A stretch of 64,000 nucleotides of DNA from the NCBI RefSeq assembly GCF_006345805.1, contig NC_043008.1:46438001-46502000 (forward strand), written 5' to 3'. Shown piece after piece: positions 51,815 to 64,000 of this stretch (position 1 is the stretch's first letter; each line of letters opens with the position of its first letter). Under the pieces are notes generated by a model. It searched no databases. It saw only the letters and a program-made list of their open reading frames with translations, and had not been told where the DNA came from. Position numbers and translations under genes: made by a program. The DNA is from Octopus sinensis. Its lineage: Eukaryota.

Positions 51815-53427
51815 CGCATAGCCCAATGCAAATATGCTTACGTTGTTTTTGACTAGTTTAAATGTAGAATTTTAATTAGCATTTAATAGCATACACTTCA
51901 ATTCTTTTATGTTGTTAGTGAGGATGTATATAAAATCTTATATGGAACTCTTATCACACGAATAAATAACTTAAACTATGCTTCTTCTATTTTTTTACTT
52001 TCGTTTTCTTAAATGCTTGAAGTATTGGTTTTAACGTAACTTGCATCGTCTGTTAAATATCAATGATATCGATTTTAAACCCCATATTATATATCGCCAG
52101 GCCAATTCTATTTTTAATCTCCAATAATCTCATTTAATTTTCTGGCAGTAATCTACAGCAGAATCACATTAGTTGATATTGCCATCGTTACTTCAGGCAT
52201 CAAATGTTGCCACACGTCGGTTGGCGTTTACCGATTGAAATGTTTGACATAAACACATCAGAAGGAAACAATTTTATCTCTCATAACATTTTGAGTGCAG
52301 TTGAATATTTGTTTGCGAAACTATTGTAATGGTTGTTGACTCTTATTTGTTCTTTCTCATGAAATATTTATACACCGAATAGAATCATGTGTTTTATCAA
52401 CCGTACACGCTTACGTAAATATGCCAAGCTCAAATACAAGAGTATTTCTTACCAATTTCGCCAGGTTCATGACAATATGATATAAACTAGTTTTGATTGT
52501 AAGACTTTTGCCAACAGACAACACATTTCCAATGTCATTCCTCTCTTGTAATTAGCAATGAAATACGACTATTACGTGTTAATGATTGAAATTAAAATAT
52601 AATAAAAAGGAAGAATATACGATGTCATCCGTTCATATACCTATTGTACATGGAATTTACCAGAAATATTTTTATCGGAATAAATCGCAAACCTCTTCAC
52701 ACTAAGATAAAATTCAGTTTGCATGAAACTTGACACGCTGTTCTTAATACAAAAAATGGATATTTTACCTTTTAAATATCAAGATATTATCTAACAGAAC
52801 ATTTTATTCTCGTTAGGAACTTTATTGATTTGCATTCATTCCTTCTCTCGATTACCCCACGATACTAAATTGTTCGAAATATCGTCGAGTGGGAAATCAT
52901 TCACTGTGATATTCTCTTTTGATGTAGAAACATGTAATGAAGTTCCTAAAAAGCAGCCATTTATATAAGTTCTTACCTATAGGAAGCACATAAGAAAGAT
53001 CCCTGATTTTTGACGTCTATCATCAACCCCACGTGGAGATTTTACTTTTTAGTATTAGTAGAACCCCTGCCTACATATACTTCCTCGGAAAGAAACATTC
53101 AAACTTCTCTAAAGTCCCATTAGGTTTTTCTTGAATTATCAATAGTAACGATATCCTGTGCGTGTAAACGCAGCTTGGTGAATTTTACGGCTTGTTTCTA
53201 AGGCAAGCTAAAAATTCTCGAGTAAGTAATGTACCTCTCTTAATATAAAGTTTCAATGCATTAGCAACACTATCCGATGTGTTCTAAAATATAGGATCGA
53301 TGAATATGAATTGGAGAAAGCGGCCTTATAGTTGACCTTGTAGCCGGCCATTTCCTATTGGTATAATTTCGAGTTTCTCTGGAATTCAATTTTTTATGTA
53401 CAAATTCCAAGTCTGCTAAGAATAGTT

Positions 53428-53580
53428 AAAATTCCGCAGAGGTCGACTTTGCCTTTCATCATTTCGGGGTCGATAAATTAAGTACCAGTTACGCGTTGGG
53501 GTCGATGTAATCGACTTAATTCGTTTGTTTGTCCTTCTCTGTCCCCTCTATGTTTAGTCCCTTCTTGGTAATAACGAAAC
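53428..53580 (+). mobile_element. SINE family B, 5'-truncated
   Basis: AAATTCCGCAGAGGTCGACTTTGCCTTTCATC..GGGGTCGATGTAATCGACTTAAT. Confidence 0.9.
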
Positions 53581-55425
53581 ACATATATTGTGGTATGAGT
53601 GCTAACATAATTCATATGTCAATCAATAATAGCTAATTAAAATTACACCTACAGTGTTTGAAATACGCATATGCTTGACATTTTAGAATTTCCCCACTGG
53701 AAATATCGAAATGTATTCTAACGCAAAGTTGCTACAGCCTTCATTGTAGTCAAACTCTATACGTAATTAGCATGTATTTAACTTGAACTTTTACAATGCG
53801 GCCAACGGGCAAAAATTGGAAGAAATTGGTCGGAAACCTGTAAATTGCTAATGACATAAATAAACTGGCAGAATTATTGACATCGACCAAAATTATTCCA
53901 CGGAAAGTTGCAACTACAACACAACCTAGTATCAAATCTTGTGAATAGCAACATTTGTTTTCATCCTTCTGGTGAAGAAAAATACCAATGCAGAGTTGAA
54001 GGAAATTGTAAAGTGCTGCACAAGATGTTTTGCGCTCTTTTTTCCAGTTTTTTTCACTTTTTAGATGTCGAATCTACTATAAAGAACTTAACTGACATGC
54101 AGTTTATTAGAATGTATAGAATCAACAATATTTGAAGGAAGTCAGCTGGAACCTAACAATATTATACTCTTCCACGAAGATTCTAGAACAAATACACTCA
54201 TCCGGCTAAATCACCAATGTAATCACGCAGAAAGTCATCAGTCACGTTTTCGTGAAAACGACGAATTTCATATTTTCACTCGAGACATCAATAAGTGTCT
54301 TGCATAAATACTGATTTCACATAAACGCGGTTTGTTTCTTCAAATGATCAGCAATTCCTAGAAGTATTAATAGTACAATACTTTGACACGTCCGTTACCT
54401 CAGACTAAAATTCCGTGTGTTGCCCTACTTTCAGTCATAAATGGGGAAGTATGCTATATTTAGTCATTTCTCTTTTGACGATGATAGGAAACACTCTTAT
54501 ACAAAACTCCAATTATTCCTCAGAATTGTGTAAGTTTTTCTTCCAACATCAGCCACTACTGTGGGGTTCGGATGGAATGACTGAAGTTAGGCACTGCTGG
54601 AGCATATGTTTCCAAGGAAGGCAGTCTTTCAAGTTTCTGTAACTTGTTTAGCAAGGCATTACCAGGTACACATATGATATAGGAATGAGAGCAAGCAGCA
54701 AAATGCGCACGAGAGACGGAAACACAGGATGGTTCATTCATGAGTGTGGCAGAAATAACATAAAAGAAAAATATCTTCATGGACTCTGTGAGATGTAAAA
54801 CAAAATGGTTGATACTTGGTCGGTTTGACAGCATTTTCTCAATTTGGTGAGGTCTATTCATAGGTATGGAGACAAAGGTATGCGACGCCTTTCGATAATG
54901 AATCTGGAGATATGCTTGGAACGTTGATGGTGATCGATAACCACTGGGGGAACGAAACCGTCCAGAATTTGTGTGTGTGTGTGTGGATGGGTAGATAGAT
55001 AGATAAATAGATAGATAGATAGATAGAATAATATGGAATCTTTACACAACTTAGGCGTTTTGCCATTTTGAAGGTTCGTGTTTTTATTCCTATATTTATC
55101 AACTTCTCATTCGTTTGGCACCTCCAATATTTATCAGGCATAACTCTTTACATGTAATCTTTATTTTTATGTAATTTTATATGTATTCTTATATATTTTC
55201 ATATATTTTTATGTATATTTGATTTTATTTTTCATCTCCTTTACGCCTGCATATGCATGATTTATGTAGATGTATCCTAAATATATATGATTCAATTACA
55301 TTGATAGAATATCTTCGTTTATGCGTTCGGGAACCTGCTGATGATTCGCGGTTTCAATTTCCTCTAGGTGGTATCTTTTCACATTAGCTCTCTATCAGCA
55401 CTCCCTAAATAGACCATACTTTCTT

Positions 55426-55509
<84 letters not shown>

Positions 55510-55524
55510 GCCTGTATTTGTCAG

Positions 55525-55670
55525 TTGACAACAGGTGATGGTTTGTTTACGACCTGGTACTAGGCTTTAAAAAAGTATCTCCTGGCGTCAATTTATTCGT
55601 CTAAAACCTCTCAGGGCAGTGATCCAAAATGGCGATGGCCAAACGACTGAAACAAATAAGAGCTAAAAGA
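55525..55670 (+). mobile_element. Degenerate 3' half of SINE family A
   Basis: GTTGACAACAGGTGATGGTTTGTTTAC..GTACTAGGCTT..GACTGAAACAAATAAG; preceded by (CA)n(TA)n. Confidence 0.65.
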
Positions 55671-55866
55671 TACACACATACACACACACATATGTTTATT
55701 CTTGTTTATATATATGTATATATTATATATATGCATATATATTATATATATATATATATATATAATATATATATTATATATATATATATTCCTGTAACAA
55801 GCGGATTATAAGTGGATAAAACAGTGTATTTGGCTTTAGAATAACCCTCTTTAGCCCTTAATTATA

Positions 55867-55913
<47 letters not shown>

Positions 55914-55948
55914 ATATATATATATGATGTATGCGTGTGTGTGCCTGT

Positions 55949-56146
55949 GTTTGTCCCCCAACATCGTTTGACAACCGATGCTGGTGTGTTTACATCCTCG
56001 TCACTTAGCGGTTCGGCAAAAGAGACCGATAGAATAAGTGCTGGGCTTAAAAAAGAATAAGTCCCGGGGTCGATTTGCTCGACTAAAGGCGGTGCTCCGG
56101 CATGGCCGCAGTCAAATGACTGAAACAAGTAAAAGAGTAAAAGAGT
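55949..56146 (+). mobile_element. 3' half of SINE family A
   Basis: Near-identical to 34695-34890; preceded by (TA)n. Confidence 0.9.
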
Positions 56147-56261
56147 ATATATATATATATATATATATTGATAGAAATGTATTGATAGAAATGGCAAGAC
56201 AACAAAAGAATAAAAGAGACCTCGATATTATGTAAATTGAGGAAGTTATCTGTAAATGTAA

Positions 56262-56457
56262 TATGTGACAATTATTTGGTAGCCATGATAAAACTCCGAG
56301 TTTCGGATGTCGGGGCGGAAATCCACGCCGGTATCTTTTCAGTTATCGAGCCATACCATTTTTTCGACGACCCGATAACTGAAGAGATGCTGCCGTGGGT
56401 TTCTGCCCCGACATCCGAAACTCGGAGTTTTATCAGGGCTACCGAATAATTGTCACA

Positions 56458-56459
<2 letters not shown>
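56262..56459. repeat. 198-bp palindromic element (arms 56262-56350 and 56372-56459, 21-nt loop)
   Basis: TATGTGACAATTATTTGGTAGCC.TGATAAAACTCCGAGTTTCGGATGTCGGGGC... mirrored by ...GCCCCGACATCCGAAACTCGGAGTTTTATCA.GGCTACCGAATAATTGTCACATA. Confidence 0.93.
56371..56438 (+). ncRNA. Putative type I hammerhead ribozyme
   Basis: Stem I 5' CCCGAUAA; core CUGAAGA (56379-85); imperfect stem II 56386-56416; GAAA (56417-20); stem III ACU-CGG-AGU; triplet GUU with predicted cut 56429/56430; stem I 3' UUAUC(A)GGG pairs 5/5 plus 3 after a bulge. Confidence 0.65.
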
Positions 56460-56514
<55 letters not shown>

Positions 56515-56669
56515 CACATATATATATATATACACATATATATATATAAGTGCACATATGTAGATATTTATATATGACTGCATATATATATGTGCGCATA
56601 TGTGTATATGTCTATGTATGTATATATGCCCACATATGCATATGCGTGTATTTGTATGTAAATATACAC

Positions 56670-56731
<62 letters not shown>

Positions 56732-57795
56732 TAATGGAATAATTACTATGAAGCATTGTGTAGAATATATTGTATAAAAGATCGTGGTTAAGGCCAAAAC
56801 AATTCAAACTAATTGCAAGGAAAATCACAAGAAAACAAAGATGTGAATTAGTGTAGACTTACCTTGTATTCAATATTTCGAGGTTATGACCCCATTTTCA
56901 AGAAATTAATGAACGTCGCCGATGTGCGTACGTGCGAGCGTGTGTGATAGAGTCGTCCCATTCAATCTGGAACAAAATGTTGGTAAATCAGCTTCTTAGA
57001 TGTATAGTAGTAATCATCAGATACTATATTGGAAAAAAAACATTTAATCTCTTGAGCGTTTCTATGTGAGTGTATCTGTGAATAGATTACTGCTTATTGT
57101 GTTCATATAAATGCTTAGTATAAAGAAATAATAGACAAATATAAGAATCGAATGGAAACACATTCAATGATCGTTGTGTTTATAGATCAAATGACATCGT
57201 ACCGCATGATTACTCATGGTTTCGTATCTCTATGACATTTGTCACACCTCCCAAGACATCATTGCCGTAACTCAGCTTTCTAATACATAATATTTAATGC
57301 AAATTTCTCTTTGTATTTTGACTCCGGCGGGAAATCCCACGCAGAATATTTTCCAAGTAGTTTAGAGTATAACGATATACAATGGACATATACACGAGTT
57401 CATATGCAAATATATTTTATTAAAATAGCCCTCTATAAAGCGTCAATACTCGAAAATTGAGACCTAACCGTGTTAATATTCTGTTAGTCGTAATATTCTC
57501 TTCGTCGTACAGTAAAATACCGTAAAATTATAGTGAATCAACCATCTCCACAGTATTGTCGAAGTGAGATATTAATACGTCTCTATATAATCTCTCTATA
57601 TTTTTAAGTGTTGTTTTTAAATGATTATGTTTTCAAGGAATTCCATTTGCAACAAATTCCATTTGTTAGCCAGTCAGCTTCTCTATTCATAAATTCCACG
57701 AGAAAGAATAACCATGTTTGAGATTCATGCATCTTTGCAAGTCTTTCGACACTGTCAGTGAATTCCTCCCCCGTGGCAGCGGTTTTCTGGTAATG

Positions 57796-57840
<45 letters not shown>

Positions 57841-57842
<2 letters not shown>

Positions 57843-58232
57843 AGCAGTATAGCCCGGCGTTGCTCGGGTTTGTTTTCTTTTCGACTCTTTACAATTTGAA
57901 TTTTTAAAACGTAATAATTTTGCATTATGTAGCTTGTTATTCTCTTTAAGTGAACATTTTTTCTGGTTGTATTACACCGAAAAATGGCAACACAGCAGTA
58001 AGAAAATCGTACAAAATAGGGATTTTCATAGAAAAAAAGCAACTTTTAGATGTAAATAATTTTTGGTCTTAACATGGTCCGATCTGAATTTTTTCTTCTA
58101 CGGAAGGAAGAGCAAGCCTTCTATTATACTCTCAATTTTGGTCAACTTGCGCCGCAGGGTCTCGGAGGAGATCGTGTTAGTTGAAGGCTACCAAACCTGC
58201 TACACACAGAGAACTTCAGCTTTATATATATA
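57841..58232 (-). mobile_element. Non-autonomous Helitron-like element
   Basis: Minus-strand 3' end has the GC hairpin CCCG-AGCAACGC-CGGG about 10 nt before CTAA (CTRR); 5' end (TA)nAAGCTGAAGTT is repeated in the opposite orientation at 58628. Confidence 0.7.
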
Positions 58233-58428
58233 TATATATTATATATATATATATATATAATAAAATATTAGGGATAAATCCAAACTTACGAGGAAAAATC
58301 AGATTTAGGATTAAATCCAATTTTATAGTATAAATATATTATATTATATTATATTAAATTAGAGGTAAAACCACTATTAGGCAAATCAACAATGAAAAAC
58401 ATAAGCCAATACATAAAATTAACTAAAT

Positions 58429-58470
<42 letters not shown>

Positions 58471-58627
58471 CGCATATAACGCCTTGAATTTCTCACTATC
58501 GAACAAGACTGCGATCTGAACAGTTCAATCAGATCAAATTCAGTACACAATCATATATAGTTCTCCATCTCAGATTCGTATGCAATTCTCACATTTCAGT
58601 AAAAGAATTTACATTTCAAATAAACTC

Positions 58628-58659
58628 TCTCTATATAAAGCTGAAGTTGTCTGTGTGTG

Positions 58660-58699
<40 letters not shown>

Positions 58700-58700
58700 T
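58628..58700 (+). mobile_element. 5' end of a second copy of the same Helitron-like family
   Basis: TCTCTATATAAAGCTGAAGTTGTCTGTGTG is the reverse complement of 58203-58232; no 3' hairpin found. Confidence 0.5.
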
Positions 58701-61320
58701 CTATTGTTAGTTGTTTTAAGGCTAATATTGCATTTTTAATAGATGTAAACAATAATGAACTCATTATGAAATTCTTCAAAATATTTGTATATTCGTAAAA
58801 TCTTCATATTCTCCGTTTCTTTTACATGGGAAAATATCATCGCAAAAGATAGCTCAATGATTCCTCATATTGCCGAAAATTGGCAAGTTTAAATAGAACT
58901 GGCATTGCAGTATTTCATAAAGAATATCGGTATCTTCCTCTCAATATGGTTCAGTGATTTCAGCAACAGATTACGAGAGATTAGGCAAAATGCTATTTAT
59001 TTTAGTTGATGCAAACTGATTAATTTTTTTGCATAATTCCTGTCAAGAAATCTTGATTTCAAAATTCCAAGTAACATTCCGAGGGAAATGTATATAGAAA
59101 GGCTAATGAAATATTTTATGCACGTTCGAAATATAGATAACCGGCATAAATTCTGAGTGCAGAAGCGCATTGCAAGTACTATATTCAATAGGTTATATTT
59201 CTGCATTTCAAAGGAAATAAACTGATAGATCCGTAAGTTTAATTTCGGAAATTAAAATTTGTATAGTGTCCGTATGAAGTATTGCATCATTAGTAACTTC
59301 GAAACCTTATGGTAGTCTAAAATATCTCTCCAACTCCTGAGCGAAATGCACCAGCTGATACCTAGTTTAAAACAATCAACATGCACTGTTATATTCGGCA
59401 TTCAAAAGATGTTATTATATAGTCTGTTTGCAACCATACAAAGTTAAAGTAATTTAGACACACGGATTTAATCTGCTATAAGATATGTAATAGGATTGAA
59501 TTCCAGTTTCGATAATGAATTGCAGAATTTACAACATGTTACTATAATGTAGGGATTCTGAAATGGCTGGAATTATTTATTTTCACCCCCAATTTCACTT
59601 GTGAGTTTCCTTCATTTATGTAAGAAAAAATTCTATGTATATGAGAATATATAGTAAAATAGATGGAAACCAAGTTGTTAACGGCAGATTCATAAATTAC
59701 TTATACTGATGTGTGAATAACGATAATTAAGCAGCAAAAGTTAGGAAGAGAAACGTCTTTATATATATCTGACGATGTATGAAGTAGTATTTACAAGTAA
59801 GTTATATAAATGAACTATTACAGTAATATGTGTATATAAGTGAGTATATATGTTTGTGACAGCAGTAATTACAGATACCTGAGTATTAACAAACTAAATT
59901 TAGAGTAACAATTGTTAGCATGATATTTATACTTTGGTGAAAGTACTTGTGTAACTTCGTATCAGCGACTGGTCACTTAGAAATCTAACACTGGTAGAAC
60001 AGAAAAGTTTATTCCGGGGTAATTTTGCGAAGACTTGCGAAACATTATATGCTATTAATGACCTCGTACAAATACATAGAAAAGGACATTATTTGCATCT
60101 TCACACACAACCACTTGAGTGAAAATACATATGAATTTTATGAATTATTTATGATTGAGGCCTCCAGCTTTATTGACGGTTTAGTGAGAACAATCCTAGG
60201 AAAATCCTGTGTTTATTAATACTTGAGGATTCAATTTCACGAACCGATTCTATTCCCATGTAATTTTCATGAACTCTTATGCAAATGTTTCTATTTGTTT
60301 TGTTGATCTAAGGAAATTTATCAAAACTATAATTTCGTCCAAATGCTTGTATTTCCTATTAGACTGGTTGCTCTCTTCTTAATATATTTAAAAGTATTTA
60401 GCGGAGGAGAAGGATGGAAGTTTTGCTTGACATTTGCATGAAACAGGAACACGACACATATATAATAAGATGAGAACTAGCTTAATTGAACATAATAAGC
60501 AAAGTAAGCTCACAATTTGCATTGAATCCGTTTAATCAAGTCACATACACACACTGAAGGTGTTGTAAAAGGAATTTCAATGTCATTGGTGGCAAATGAA
60601 ATGCGTAAGTGAAATAAACATACATATATGTTTGTATGCGCGTGTCCATCTTTTGATTCTCTCTCATATATATATATATAATTATGGTGAACGTGCATTA
60701 TGCTCTTTATTGTGGGAATTATAAGTGTTAAATTTTACTCTTTATTCACCTGGACAAAGGTTTTCTTTTTTTGCAGTTTGTAACGCTTTCGTTCATCAAC
60801 AAATAAAATGTTTGAAACACCTGTAATGAACCTCAACCCCGGTCTGCTATAATTTATACATTCTTATTCCTACATCCCTGCGTGCGATTGGCTTCAAAAG
60901 TTGTTAAGATATTAAGATTACTTTCATAACATGAAATCGATGGTAGCTTTAAAATAAAGAAATTTTATCCCCTGATGCGACATTCATTATCTCATTCTCA
61001 TTGTTTGAAATTTATACACACACACATATATGCATGTATGTGTGAGCGTATATATACATGAAAATTGTGAATGCATTATTATCAATAATAACCCCAACTG
61101 ATATTATTATCGTTTTTGATTGATGATGAACTGATTGATTTCATGGAGTCCAGACATCGCCTACGGATGTGTTCTATCACAGACATAGGAAAAAGATCCT
61201 GGGGCATCTTCTAGTAGTATGGCTTATGTTGTTCAACACTCTGCAAGCAAGACCTTTGTACTTGGCACACGCCATCCGGTCGAATTGCCTCCGATAATTT
61301 TCGTTTTTTTTATATCGTAG

Positions 61321-61423
61321 TATATGGTAGTTGAAGAAAATGTGTAACCACTCCACTACTTGATTGGCCAACATTGTTAATATTTGTTGAAGCATTTTCG
61401 ATCAAATGGATCTCAACGAAAAG
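61321..61423 (+). other. Candidate exon carrying a start codon (ATG 61406, MDLNEK)
   Basis: T-rich acceptor TTTTTTTTTATATCGTAG; strong donor AAG/GTGAGT at 61423/61424; CAAAATGG-like context (A at -3, G at +4). No homology support. Confidence 0.3.
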
Positions 61424-62119
61424 GTGAGTGCAACACAATCGATTCGGATGTTGGGGACTTATTACCTTTTCCCCCAAACAATCACACAAAGCAGGAATTC
61501 CATTTCAACATTTTGGCTTCTTTTCTTGCAAAGAAAAGGAGTTCAGATCCGGAAGTTTTGTTTTTTTTTAGTTTTATTTGTGTATTGTGTGTACGGCATT
61601 ATGTATGTGCACACGTATACCTGTGTTTCAGTATATAGATACATTTATGTGTATTTACAATTCCTACCTTTATATACACACAAAATTCTCTCCCAGTTTT
61701 TCTCTGTCTCCCTTTCTCTCTTTTAATCGTTTGGATGTCCACTGTGATTGCTATAGTATTTCTCCATATCTGATCCGTATATTTTGTTCAGTTACAAAAT
61801 GTTTCATCGGCTCCGTAAAGACATAGTAAAACTGCATTTCTCTCAAGTTGCATAGTTCAAATCTTATAGACAACTTTTGCAACACTTATAACCGTGATGC
61901 AGTTAAATCTTCCGTGTTGTATTTTTGATGTTTTGATCGATATATTCAATATACATATGTGTATGTTTGTGCACGATTGTATGCATGTATATATGTATGA
62001 TTATAATTTCCAATTTAAACTAATGTGTAGGACAGCAACTATCCACCCTTACTAGAGGAGGCAACGGTGCTATCAAATCATGTATATGTATATATTCAAA
62101 ATAAGCAACAAGAATGACT

Positions 62120-62220
62120 CCGGTAATTTGGTACGATCGTTTCGTACTACATCATTTTATTAAATGTTGTAATACTTACAACAGATTTAAGATAGTGAGT
62201 ACTCATCAGATAATTATAGA
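62120..62220 (-). ncRNA. Hammerhead-ribozyme-like motif with long stem II, 3' of the Penelope ORF (probably decayed)
   Basis: CUGAUGA (62209-62203); stem II GUACU/AGUAC extended by a 13-bp bulged hairpin; GAAA (62143-62140); palindromic stem III ACGAUCGU; triplet GUA. The base of stem I is mismatched. Confidence 0.6.
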
Positions 62221-62803
62221 TGTTATCCATTAATACAAAAAATTTCGAATCAAGTGGCAACATTGTAGAGAAGGTAGATATACAGACAAAGATGTGGATT
62301 TAAATTTTAAGAACATATTAGGTAGTGAAGTCTTTCCACTGACTGACTAAGATATGGTTGTTCCTAACTGCTGTAAGGCTAGAAGCAATAAAGATTGTTT
62401 AATTGTAGAAATGGGGTAAAGGAGGTTTCAGAACTCCATAAAAGGAATTCATGATAAAAACAGCAATTGCCACTAATAAATGCCAATTACTGCTATTTGA
62501 TGAGAGAAACTAGGTCAATGTCAAATGGTCCCAATCCCATTCACAGACAGTGTAATTTAAAGAAAAAAAGGGGAAAAAAACCTATCACTTATTATTATGA
62601 ATAGGCATAGTAATTTTTAATTGGGGGAAAGTCTTATTAATTTTAAAGCTAGATTAATTTTAGAAACAAATTCAATTTCAAGCTTACAGTGAAGTTTTCT
62701 TAGTCATCTATGAATGTTAAATTGAAAGCTAGCATAGTATATTTCTTCTTATTTGATTATAAAGAATTAAAATTTGAAATATATAGGAATACTCACAAAA
62801 TTA

Positions 62804-63452
62804 TTATTTAAAGTATTTAAACGTTCGGGTTGTGGAATGTATACAAGATGCTCCCAACTCAAGACGATTATTTAACAGATTTATATTACTCTGATGTTTT
62901 AAAATTTCATAAGTTTCCATCGAACAAAGTTGACAACCTTCCCTACTATTTCTATAATGTTGCGCCCTTCTAACTATATCCTATTTTATGTTTAATTCTA
63001 TATTATTTGTTTTTAGTTCCCAAATTTTGCTAGATAGTGTTGTGCAACCTGCCTTATGTTTGAGCCTAAAAGAGGAAAGATGATTGTTAAGACGTCTTTT
63101 AAGATCCACCGAACAACCGAAATAAAGAAAGCTATTGCTAGAAGTTATTATAGTGCATTTATAAATTACGTTTTGGACCGAACAACCAGAAACCGGACAT
63201 TTTGATATAATCCTACAATTACAACTGGGGGGATAGTGTCCGGTACTGGAATTATTTAAGGACAGTTCACTTACATTACTGTTATTTAAATTATTATTAG
63301 TATTAGTATTACATTCATTACTAGTAATCACGTTGTTATGCAAATTAGGGTTATTAGTTATTAATCCATCCTCACGATCATCACTTGCCATACTTTTATC
63401 TCTACTACCTATATTATTGGTATTGATATTATCACTATTTACATCAATGTTG

Positions 63453-63504
<52 letters not shown>

Positions 63505-63552
63505 CATTATTATTGTCATCATCATTATTAATATTATTTTTATTATTACCAC

Positions 63553-63612
<60 letters not shown>

Positions 63613-64000
63613 TGTTAATGCTACTATTACAATTATTATTACTATCATTGTTGTTACTATTCATTCTACTCCTGGCTAACTTAATGTTTTTACTATTAAG
63701 TCTAGCTATTATAGTAGCCATGTTTGGGAGTGTGGAATATCACATTCTTACTGATCTAGAAATTATTTCATGATGCTTATTGGAGACTGGGAAATTTTTT
63801 CCAGTATAGATTTAAATCTACTGTACACATTCGTCGAGATCGGTTAATTAAAGGGGATATTTAGACAAATGATATTTTCACTTTGATAGTTTTTAAGCAC
63901 GAGTGGGAAGGATTAGTGTTATCAGTATTCATACGAGAATTATTATTCCTTTTAGTACTATTTTTATGCCTATCGAGTTTATCTAGGTTAGCATTTTCAT
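62804..64000 (-). pseudogene. Penelope-like retroelement ORF remnant (RT C-terminal region, Asn-rich linker, GIY-YIG endonuclease); runs off the window end
   Basis: Frameshifted NIICLNIPF..STNV..RF..ILEK.FP..KHH.II.RSV...YSTLPNMATII; CNCR....CPVSG; VIYKC..YFG; RLNNH; TTLS..IWELK; TAG at the Trp position (62981-83), then DIVRRA..Y...CQLC..E...LLN.R.E...CIH..FK* ending at 62804. Confidence 0.9.
63440..63665. repeat. (TTA)n/(TTG)n/(TCA)n array inside the Penelope ORF (poly-Asn on the minus strand)
   Basis: Directly visible; in frame within ORF 62981-63721. Confidence 0.95.

Noticed and set aside
53908-54135. KYQCRVEGNCKV as a nuclear-receptor zinc-finger fragment
   Set aside because: The other Cys ligands and the P-box are absent, and adjacent codons contain stops.

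Overview
Eukaryotic, AT-rich, repeat-dominated non-coding DNA. I infer an octopus (cephalopod) genome from the tRNA-derived SINE families, the Dong/R4 LINE fragments and the very high microsatellite load. No intact protein-coding gene is supported, and most listed ORFs are microsatellite artefacts. The window holds decayed transposons: a piggyBac (4.7-7.4 kb) with a nested Helentron-type non-autonomous element, a DD37D/maT element (16.7-18.0 kb), a DD34D mariner (33.4-34.4 kb), RTE LINE remnants, Dong/R4 LINE fragments stacked in (TAA)n tracts, two Penelope-like (GIY-YIG) remnants, a non-autonomous Helitron, about 20 SINE copies or tails, and three fold-back palindromes. The most interesting signals are hammerhead-ribozyme folds found by eye. 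One is a near-complete type I hammerhead inside a 198-bp palindrome (56371-56438, with a mutated mirror copy on the other strand). A second has a perfect core and a very long stem II and lies downstream of the Penelope endonuclease (62120-62220). A third is a degenerate core in a three-copy repeat. A few weak exon candidates are listed. All coordinates and identities were read by eye; element boundaries are approximate and nothing was checked against a database.
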